DNA from: a bacterium
GTDB lineage: Bacteria > Hinthialibacterota > Hinthialibacteria > Hinthialibacterales > Hinthialibacteraceae
Assembly (NCBI GenBank): GCA_041946805.1
Contig: JBHGBC010000115.1
Span: 1-18,757 of the forward strand
Reading direction: 5' to 3'
DNA: 18,757 nucleotides
Shown here: piece by piece, positions 8,803 to 16,082 of the stretch
Numbering within the stretch: the first letter of the stretch is position 1
How the letters are laid out: the number at the start of each line of letters is the position of its first letter
Position numbers and translations under genes: made by a program
The notes under the pieces: generated by a model
Told to the model about the DNA's origin: nothing
The model's database searches: none
Seen by the model: the letters and a program-made list of their open reading frames with translations, nothing else

Positions 8803-10188
8803 TTATCGGGCAACCGGCTTCGCGGCCGGGGCGGCGGCTTGGTCCAACGCCGGTTCCGGAATCACCTTGACTTGCACCGCCATGCCCGGCTTCACTTGTT
8901 GAAGCCCCTCGACGATCACCCGGTCGCCGGGCCGCAGCCCATCCTCGATCACCCAAAGGCTCCCCACCCGGTCCGTAGCCTTGACCGGGCGCGCGGCCAC
9001 CTGGTTGTCCGCGCCCACGATGTACACGCTCCGGTTCCCCTGCAACTCCATCACCGCCCGCTGGGGGACCAGCAATACGCCGCTTTTCTCGTTGCTTTTC
9101 ACCAGCACCCGGCTGAACACGCCGGGAAGCAGGGTGGATTGCGGATTTGGGAAATCCAAAACCAATTCCAAGGTGCCCGTCTGAGGATCCACCGTCCGGT
9201 CCGCCGAGCGGAATTTACCCGGATGGGGATAGACACTGCCGTCTCCCAACAGCAGTTGAAACGCGTGCGGCTGGTCCTTGACGGCAGGTTGCTCCTCTCC
9301 CGCCCGGGCCAATTTTTGGATGAAACCGAGATATTCCTTCTCTCCGACTTTGATTTTCACCTGGATGGGATCAAGCGGCGAAAGCAGGGTCATGGGCGTG
9401 GGAGACATTTTGGTGGCCAGGCCGCCGGTCAGGATCTGCGTTTCGCCGATGCGCCCGCCCACCGGGGCCATGATTTCCGTGTACTCCAGATTCAGCTCGG
9501 CCAGCCGCAGGTTGGCCTTGGCGGCTTCCAGCTCCGCCGCCGCGAGGGCGATTTGCGTCTTTTGGGTGAGTTTGGTCTGCGTCACTTGGGCCTTGCGGGC
9601 CTTCACCTCTTCTCCCAATCCACGCTGATTGGCGATGGCCGCGTCCAGTTCCTGCTGGGGCGCCGCTTCCTCCTTGACCAGGGGCGTGTAGCGGGCCACA
9701 TCCTGCTGCGCCTGGATCAGTTTGGCTTCGCTTTGCAGCATCAGGGCCTCGGCTTGCAAGACTTCGACGCCTTCCTTGGCGTATTGGACCCCGGCCTCGG
9801 CCTTGGTCACCGCGGCCTTGGCCTTTTGCATTTCAGCTTGGTAGGTCCTCTGGTCCAGGATGTACAACCTCTGTCCTTTTTGGACCATTTGCCCGGTTTC
9901 AAAGAAGGTTTGCTCCACATACCCATCCACCCGCGCCCGGATTTCCACCGTGTCGGACGCGTCCGTGTTGCCGATGAATTCCACATAGGTGGGCACGGTG
10001 CGGGGAGTCAACTCGATGACGCTGAGTTCCGGCGCCGCCCCCCGGGCCGGCTGATTTTGCGAGATCCCCTCCCGGTTCCCGGCGATGACCAAAAACGCGA
10101 TCCCCGCCAGAAGCAACACGACCGCGTAAATCACGGAGTTTCGGCGCAATAGTGTGATCTGAATCATGATTCGGCTTCCTTTTCCCAT
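8803..10188 (-). CDS. RND efflux periplasmic adaptor (membrane fusion protein), up to 461 aa
   Basis: N-terminal TM helix; VEIRARVDGYV, LNLEYTEIMAPVGGRIG, VDPQTGT, LLVPQRAV, GLRPGDRVIVEGLQ motifs; ends 18 nt before the RND gene. AGGGGG precedes ATG 10188; ATG 10167 is an alternative start. Confidence 0.94.
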   Translation of the reverse strand: MGKGSRIMIQITLLRRNSVIYAVVLLLAGIAFLVIAGNREGISQNQPARGAAPELSVIELTPRTVPTYVEFIGNTDASDTVEIRARVDGYVEQTFFETGQMVQKGQRLYILDQRTYQAEMQKAKAAVTKAEAGVQYAKEGVEVLQAEALMLQSEAKLIQAQQDVARYTPLVKEEAAPQQELDAAIANQRGLGEEVKARKAQVTQTKLTQKTQIALAAAELEAAKANLRLAELNLEYTEIMAPVGGRIGETQILTGGLATKMSPTPMTLLSPLDPIQVKIKVGEKEYLGFIQKLARAGEEQPAVKDQPHAFQLLLGDGSVYPHPGKFRSADRTVDPQTGTLELVLDFPNPQSTLLPGVFSRVLVKSNEKSGVLLVPQRAVMELQGNRSVYIVGADNQVAARPVKATDRVGSLWVIEDGLRPGDRVIVEGLQQVKPGMAVQVKVIPEPALDQAAAPAAKPVAR

Positions 10189-10447
10189 GGAATCCCCCTG
10201 CGCCCTTCATGGTTCATCCGGCCCAGGGGACCGGGCGCGGCGCGATCCCTCTCCGCCCGACGCCCGTTCGCCTTCTCCCTCCCGGCCGCGGGGCCACAGC
10301 TCCGCCAGTGGCCGAGGGGGCAAAACCGTCACCAAATTTTGGTATTCAAGGAATGATCGAAGAGAGGATCCTCTTCCGGTTCACAATTTCCGTTAGGGAC
10401 AGTAAAACGCCGAGATCGCACCCACACTCGATTGGAAGGCCGGATCC

Positions 10448-10477
10448 ATCATACCTTTTCATCGATTGACTTAACAA
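10448..10477 (-). promoter_or_regulatory. Candidate sigma70-type promoter for the efflux operon
   Basis: Minus strand TTGTTA (10477-10472), 18 nt spacer, TATGAT (10453-10448), in a local AT-rich patch about 260 nt upstream of the MFP start. Confidence 0.35.
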
Positions 10478-10683
10478 GCAAATTCATTAAATTTCAGCGA
10501 TTATTTCCGCGGCCAGGCGGGGCAGCATGCGGCGGGAAAGAGGAGGCCGTTTCCTTCCCGGGCGGCGGGGGATGAGGATCATCGCAAAACCGAAATCCGC
10601 GGGAACACGAGAGGGCGAGTCCCTGCGGACGGATTGGAGAGGCAGCTGATGGAGAGGGAGTGGAATCCAGAGTGGTTCCGGCC

Positions 10684-11838
10684 TCATTGGGGAGGGATCA
10701 CGAACTGGTTTTTGGGAATCCGGTAGATTTCCAGATTGTCGAACTGCGCGGTGACCTTCTCCCCTTGCGGTGGATTGACTACCTGAAAGACCGGCACAAT
10801 GGCGGAACGCTCGGGGCGATAAAACACCTCGAGCGTGTCGAACCGGTTGAGGAACCGGGAGGCGTCCATTAGCAGATTGGACTCGATCGAGCCGTTCAAA
10901 TTGGCGCCGGCGAGGTCCGGGGCTTCCACCGCGTCCAAGGCGCCGAAGGCCAGCACCGCGCCCGGAGCGTTGAGGGAGACACTGATCCGCATGAAGACAT
11001 AATCCTCCCCGCAGGCGGCCGGACGGCCATAGAAGGTCGCCCCTTCCCCCCCATCAAGGGTCACGGTGATGCCGAAACCGTCCGAATACCGGTTATACCC
11101 GGTGGCGAAGTTCAAAGGGCGGAAATAGACATCCCCCAGATCGAAATCCCCGGGCGCGCCTGGCGGGAAGAAAAGCAATCCGTTCTCCGAAGCAGTGGGC
11201 TGGTTGAACGAATAGACTACAAAAGGACTCAGAGCGCCGCCCGGCGTCGGTGACGGCGCCGCCAGGGTGGGGGTGGGTTGCACGAGCGTGGGTGTGGGAG
11301 TCACCGTGGGCGTGGGCGTAGGCTCGTAGATCATCATCCGCAGAAAGGCCTCGTCGAAGAAAACGCGCCCGTTGGCCGCCGCGTTGACCAATTGAAATGC
11401 GATCGTCCGGGTGCCCTGGGGGATATCGACGATGGCTTGGATCTCCTTCCACTCGTTGAAACTGGCGAAATCGGCTTGCTGCCATTTCCCGATTTCAAAA
11501 CCCAAGTGGTCGATGAACCGCAGCCCGAAACCGCCTTGACCATTTTCATCCTGGCAGTTAATGACCGCGCCCAGAAAAGTCTGGGCGGCATGCGCGCCGA
11601 TGGCTTCGGCATAATCGCTCACGTCCACCTTTTGCTCGATTTTGGCGTTCTCGTACAAGGCAAAGGAGTTGTAGCCTTGATATTGATAGGCGCTGGAATG
11701 AAAGACCGTGCCGCTCAAGATGACCCATCCATCCAAACCCTCCTCCGCTCCCGGATTGGGCAGCCGGTTATCGGAGATGGTCTGGGCGCCGGCGGCGGCG
11801 CAGGCCACGAGCCATGCCAAGCAACTCTTCCGAATCAT
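10684..11838 (-). CDS. Secreted protein: signal peptide, galactose-binding-like (CBM/FBA-like) beta-sandwich, Pro/Thr linker, unassigned C-terminal domain; 384 aa
   Basis: Strong SD AAGGAGAGG; signal peptide MIRKSCLAWLVACAAAGA|Q; jelly-roll hallmarks NRLPNPGAEEGLDGW ... W...IPQGTRTIAFQL ... VFFDEAFL; 27-aa PT linker. Confidence 0.8.
   Translation of the reverse strand: MIRKSCLAWLVACAAAGAQTISDNRLPNPGAEEGLDGWVILSGTVFHSSAYQYQGYNSFALYENAKIEQKVDVSDYAEAIGAHAAQTFLGAVINCQDENGQGGFGLRFIDHLGFEIGKWQQADFASFNEWKEIQAIVDIPQGTRTIAFQLVNAAANGRVFFDEAFLRMMIYEPTPTPTVTPTPTLVQPTPTLAAPSPTPGGALSPFVVYSFNQPTASENGLLFFPPGAPGDFDLGDVYFRPLNFATGYNRYSDGFGITVTLDGGEGATFYGRPAACGEDYVFMRISVSLNAPGAVLAFGALDAVEAPDLAGANLNGSIESNLLMDASRFLNRFDTLEVFYRPERSAIVPVFQVVNPPQGEKVTAQFDNLEIYRIPKNQFVIPPQ
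11242..11322 (-). repeat. Pro/Thr-rich low-complexity coding linker (aa 173-199)
   Basis: Translates as PTPTPTVTPTPTLVQPTPTLAAPSPTP; seen as GTGGG(C/T) hexamer-like repeats on the + strand. Confidence 0.85.
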
Positions 11839-11849
11839 GTTCCTCTCCT

Positions 11850-12080
11850 TTGATCAATAATGATTTATGTACAGACTTTTTATTTGTCCGGAAATAATTT
11901 TATATATAAATAGAAGATATGCATAAAGAATGTCCTGCATCTTAACCGAATTTCAACGGCGGGCTGCCGGGATTCAATCTTTCAACATGCTGGTAAACAA
12001 TGCCTGGAATTCATATAATAAAATTATATCGCATAAATATACGATCATTTACAGAATAACATTATATAATCACATGATGA
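11850..12080. promoter_or_regulatory. AT-rich divergent promoter region
   Basis: Visibly AT-rich compared with flanking genes; perfect palindrome TTTATATATAAA (11899-11910); TATAAT at 12014-12019 and 12065-12070; lies between divergently transcribed genes. Confidence 0.5.
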
Positions 12081-12373
12081 TGGATGAAAAGGGCCGCGCT
12101 CCATGTGAAAAAAAATCGCACGAACCTCACCAGCCGGGCGGAGGGAGAGGAGGAAAAGGACGATGGCATGGAGGAAAACCGGGGCGCGATACTACGTCCT
12201 CCTTCAACGCCTCCACCCAATAGCTCATCCAGTTTCTCCCTCTTCATTTCCCCGATCCTGTATCCTCGAAGTTCCGGGGACCGCTGGTAATTGGCGGGGA
12301 AGACTGGCAGAATGATACGGCCGGCGTGGAGGGTGGATTTCTATGCCCGGCCCTGGCCAATCGAGGTTCTACC

Positions 12374-13957
12374 ATGAACGAACAAGCGAAATACCTGGAC
12401 CAACCCCTCCACGTCAGCCATTACGCGCTTTTACTGGGCATGATGTGGACCGCGGTGGTCCTTGCGGCGTTGGGGTGGAACGTGCGCCTGCTGCGCGCCT
12501 CCTTCACGCAGATGGCCTGGATGGAAGCCAAGGGCTCCGCCAACAAGGACCTGCTCCTGCAGCAGTGGATCTCACGGCAGGGCGGCATCTACGTGCTGAC
12601 CTCCAAGGAAATCGAACCCAATCCCTACCTCTCTCACATTGCGGAACGGGATATCGCCACCCCGTCGGGCCGGACGTTGACCTTGATGAACGCGGCTTAT
12701 GTCATCCGCCAGGTATACGAAAACCTGCCGGAAAACGCGGGGCTCCGGGGGCATTTCACCAGTCTGAAACCGATCCGCCCGCAAAACCGGCCGGACCCGT
12801 GGGAAGCCGCGGCGCTGCGTTCCTTCGAAGCGGACGCCTCCGAAACGCATGCCATCGAAATCCTGGACGGCCATCCGTACATGCGCTTTATGCGGCCCAT
12901 GTTCGTCACCGACCGGTGCCTGAAATGCCACGCCCAGCAGGGGTATCAGTCCGGGCAGATTCGCGGCGGGCTCAGCGTTTCCATTCCCATGACGCCGTAC
13001 TGGACGCGGATGCGCGGTGATCTGGTCCCCCAGATCGCCGGGTATGGCCTGATTTGGAGCCTGGGGACGGTGGGGATCGCGGCTTCCGCGCGCGGCCTCA
13101 AGATCCGGATCCTGGAACGGGAGAAAATGCGCAAAACCGCGCAGGAAAGTGAAGAAATGAGGCTCGCGAACGAGCGCATGCGGCAGAATCTGATCGCCGC
13201 CGCCCAGGTCCAGCGGGGGTTTATGCCCGAAAATCCGCCCGTGATCCCCGGTTTTCATTTCGCGTGGCTGTTCAAACCCTCCGAATACATCGGCGGGGAC
13301 CTGCTCAACATCCATCCCCTCGGCGCGCACCGCTGGGCGTTTTACATTCTCGATGTCTCTGGTCATGGGGTTCCGGCGGCCTTGCTCTCCGTCTCCATTT
13401 CCCACATTCTCGATCAACTGATTCTCTTCCCGGCCGCGGGAACGGAACCCGGCGGTCCTAACACACTGGAGGAAGCCGGGCCGGCTTTGGAAACCTTGGT
13501 CCAGCACCTCAACCAACGCTTTCCCGGCGACAAAATGATGTTCTGCACGCTGGTTTTCGGGATCCTGGACACCCGGGACGCGAGCGTGACCTGGATCCGG
13601 GCCGGTCATGAACCACCCTTGCGGGTGAAGAGGAGCGGCGCAGAAATCCAGTACTTCCACGTACCGGGCGGGCCATTCATCAACGCAATCGGATACGAAA
13701 GCCATCCGCAACAGATTCAAAGATTGCTCCTTGAACCCGGCGACCGGTTTATACTCTTTTCGGATGGGATCATCGAGGCCCGGCGCGATCATCAGGAGTT
13801 CGGTTATGAACGTTTCGCCGAAGCCATGCGGGAAACCCTGCCCCAACCGGCCGATAAAGCCCTGCAACTGATTCTGCAACGCGCTTCCGAATGGTCCGGC
13901 AGTCCTGAATTTGTCGATGATGTCACGCTTCTCGTTTTGGAAAGAACGAGGGATTGA
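12374..13957 (+). CDS. Membrane sensor phosphatase: periplasmic c-type heme domain (DUF3365/Tll0287-like), coiled coil, SpoIIE/RsbU-type PP2C domain; 527 aa
   Basis: Two TM helices flank a domain with FTSLKPIRPQNRPDPWE and CLKCH (12917-12931) followed by GQIRGGLSVSIP; PP2C motifs IGGDL, DVSGHGVPAAL, RAGHEPP, LFSDGIIEA, DDVTLLVL. ATG 12374 with upstream GAGG is preferred over GTG 12326. Confidence 0.9.
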   Translation: MNEQAKYLDQPLHVSHYALLLGMMWTAVVLAALGWNVRLLRASFTQMAWMEAKGSANKDLLLQQWISRQGGIYVLTSKEIEPNPYLSHIAERDIATPSGRTLTLMNAAYVIRQVYENLPENAGLRGHFTSLKPIRPQNRPDPWEAAALRSFEADASETHAIEILDGHPYMRFMRPMFVTDRCLKCHAQQGYQSGQIRGGLSVSIPMTPYWTRMRGDLVPQIAGYGLIWSLGTVGIAASARGLKIRILEREKMRKTAQESEEMRLANERMRQNLIAAAQVQRGFMPENPPVIPGFHFAWLFKPSEYIGGDLLNIHPLGAHRWAFYILDVSGHGVPAALLSVSISHILDQLILFPAAGTEPGGPNTLEEAGPALETLVQHLNQRFPGDKMMFCTLVFGILDTRDASVTWIRAGHEPPLRVKRSGAEIQYFHVPGGPFINAIGYESHPQQIQRLLLEPGDRFILFSDGIIEARRDHQEFGYERFAEAMRETLPQPADKALQLILQRASEWSGSPEFVDDVTLLVLERTRD

Positions 13958-14266
13958 ATCTGCCTTCCCTCTCCGCCGATCCCGGTTCCCCACTTTTCCG
14001 CCCGTCCGTGACAATCCGGAGCAACCATGCCTCGACTGCTCCGGTCATACCCTTCCCTGTCCCGGATCGAACCGGCCCCCGGTGTTTATTCCTCCGATCC
14101 TCGCCGAGGCCATGCCGCCGGGACAAACGGCCTGGCGCGATACCGCTCCCGGCCTATCGGAGAAGGTAAATCTTGTAGTTTAATAGGATAATGAATACTC
14201 CGTCCGGCTTTCCGGTGAATAGAAATTCCAGCGGTGAAAGGCGGAAGGGTGAAACCGAACTGAAAT

Positions 14267-14290
14267 AGCCGGCGGTTTTCGCCGGTTTGT
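14267..14290 (+). terminator. Intrinsic terminator-like hairpin
   Basis: AGCCGGCG-GTTTT-CGCCGGTT followed by TGTATGT (weak U-tract), about 35 nt before the next start codon. Confidence 0.35.
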
Positions 14291-14324
14291 ATGTCAAACC
14301 CTCGTTCATAGGAGGAAAGAAAAC

Positions 14325-15647
14325 ATGAGACATCCGCTGCTTGGTTTGGTGCTGTTGGTGGCATTCGTTTCCGTGGCCGTGGGCGCGGAAATCCGTTCAG
14401 CCGGTGACGGCCATTTTCATGGCGACCCGCCCTATTTGCTGGAAAACGGCTGGCAGCCGCTGATCAATGGAAAGAACCTGGACGGATGGCGCCTGGCCGA
14501 TCCGAAACAAGGCGGTTGGGAAACCGCGCGGAGTGTGTTTTGGGGAGGTCTGGCCAATCCCCGGATGCTGACCGGACAGAACGGCCCCGGCGACCGGCTC
14601 TTCTTTCCGGCGAATTCCGCCAAGCCCGGTCCCGCGAACCTGTTGAGTTCGGAGAAGTACGGGGATCTGGAACTGTACCTGGAGTTTCTGATTCCGGACG
14701 GTTCCGCGTCCGGCGTCTATTTGCAGGGATTGTACGGCATCCAAATCCGCGACAGCTTTGGAAAAAGCGATGCTCCAGTCTCCGAAATCAGCGGCGCCCT
14801 GGCGGATTATGAATCCACACAAAATGGCGGGGTGGCGCCTGTGGAGCGGGTGGAGCAGCCCGCGGGCCGGTGGCAGTCCCTCCACGTCTGGTTTCAGGCG
14901 CCCCAGTTTGACGCCAACGGCAAGAAGACCGCCAACGCCAAACTCATCCGGGTCCTCTACAACGGGACGTTGATCCACGAAAACCTCGAACGCACGGGCC
15001 GCTCCGCCGGTTCGCTGGATATCCCCGAAGCCGCCGCCAATCCCCTTCTGCTGCAAGGCGGAAAGACCCCCGTGGCGTTTCGCAATATCTACGTCCGGCC
15101 GATGAAGTCACTGCCCGTCTTCGCTTCCCAGAAGAAGCCCATGCCGGAGCTCAAGGTCATCCGCACTCCGGATGTCATTTTCGTTCCGACCCCTCAGGAG
15201 GTAGTGGAACGGATGCTGGAGCTGGCGAAGGTTCAGAAAGATGACGTGGTCTACGACCTGGGATGCGGCGACGGCCGGATCGTGGTGACCGCGGCCAAGA
15301 AATACGGCTGCAAGGGATTCGGATTCGATATCGATCCGGAGCGGATCAAGGATTCTCTGGCCAACGTGGAAAAGAACAACGTGGGCGACCTGGTCACCAT
15401 CGAGCAGAAGGACATTTTCACGCTGGATCTGAGCCCCGCCACCGTCGTCACCCTGTACTTGCTGCCCAGTTTGAACGTGAAATTGATACCCCAGCTGGAA
15501 AAATTGAAGCCCGGCACACGGATCGTCTCGCACGATTTCGACATGAAGGGAGTCAAACCGGATCAGGTCGTGGAAGTAAAATCGGAGCATGACGACAGCA
15601 GCCACACGATTTACTTCTGGACTACTCCGCTTAAGAAGGAAAAGTGA
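14325..15647 (+). CDS. Signal peptide + DUF1080 (3-keto-glycoside hydrolase-like) domain + class I SAM-dependent methyltransferase fusion, 440 aa
   Basis: SD AGGAGG; signal MRHPLLGLVLLVAFVSVAVGA|E; DUF1080 motifs GWQPLINGKNLDGW, YGDLELYLEF, SGVYLQG, VAFRNIYVRP; MTase PDVIFVPTPQEVVERML, VYDLGCGDGRIV (D311), GFDIDPERI, VVTLYLLP, RIVSHDF. One uninterrupted ORF. Confidence 0.88.
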   Translation: MRHPLLGLVLLVAFVSVAVGAEIRSAGDGHFHGDPPYLLENGWQPLINGKNLDGWRLADPKQGGWETARSVFWGGLANPRMLTGQNGPGDRLFFPANSAKPGPANLLSSEKYGDLELYLEFLIPDGSASGVYLQGLYGIQIRDSFGKSDAPVSEISGALADYESTQNGGVAPVERVEQPAGRWQSLHVWFQAPQFDANGKKTANAKLIRVLYNGTLIHENLERTGRSAGSLDIPEAAANPLLLQGGKTPVAFRNIYVRPMKSLPVFASQKKPMPELKVIRTPDVIFVPTPQEVVERMLELAKVQKDDVVYDLGCGDGRIVVTAAKKYGCKGFGFDIDPERIKDSLANVEKNNVGDLVTIEQKDIFTLDLSPATVVTLYLLPSLNVKLIPQLEKLKPGTRIVSHDFDMKGVKPDQVVEVKSEHDDSSHTIYFWTTPLKKEK

Positions 15648-15701
15648 ACGGGGGGGTGATGAACCGGTTCCTGGTCATCATCGCTCCGCCCGGGATGAAA
15701 T

Positions 15702-15756
15702 GGGGAGAGGGGGCGAAAGCATCGCGCGTGATCGATCGAAACCGCCCCCTCTCTTT
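15702..15756 (+). terminator. Stem-loop downstream of the fusion gene (possible terminator or stabiliser)
   Basis: Perfect 11-bp inverted repeat GAGAGGGGGCG (15705-15715) / CGCCCCCTCTC (15743-15753), followed by TTT. Confidence 0.4.
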
Positions 15757-16082
15757 CCAATGGGAGTGCGGGCTTCCGCCGGGCCGTTGGATTCCGCCAG
15801 GCTGGAGATGGCGCGGCGGCTTACCCGGAGGTTCGCCCTTCCGCCTCTCACCTAAATCCATTGATAAATCGGCCAGTTGAGTGAGTTCCAAACGAAGCGC
15901 AATCCGGCAAGGCAGTTGCCCGGCGTTTTCCTGTCCAAATTTCACCGGCCTGAAAGATTTCGCTTGCGTTTCCGTATGATTTTTGAATAATAGTCCAGCG
16001 ATCCGGTGTTACGATTGAATTCCCTCTTTAACCCAAGGCTTTTTGATCAATTCACCATCTTAGTCATCCAGGAGACAAAGTC

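Noticed and set aside
7210..10152. 980-aa plus-strand ORF
   Set aside because: Antisense shadow of the RND and MFP genes; no recognisable motifs; long shadow ORFs are expected in high-GC coding DNA.
10466..10493. Plus-strand promoter TTGACT-16-TAAATT
   Set aside because: Points into the 3' end of a minus-strand gene with no ORF or RNA evidence downstream; likely a by-product of the AT-rich patch.
12572..14014. 480-aa minus-strand ORF, and similar shadows at 1797..2747, 4236..5462, 5251..6498 and 16092..16904
   Set aside because: Each overlaps a well-supported gene in another frame or strand and has no domain signature.
14160..14320. Known riboswitch (SAM, c-di-GMP, glycine, cobalamin) upstream of the methyltransferase fusion
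   Set aside because: I could not find the conserved cores of these classes by eye; kept only as an unclassified leader.
15644..15880. Small ORF overlapping the fusion gene stop (GTGA)
   Set aside because: Gly/Pro/Arg-rich translation running through hairpins, with no recognisable domain; cannot be supported, though not excluded.
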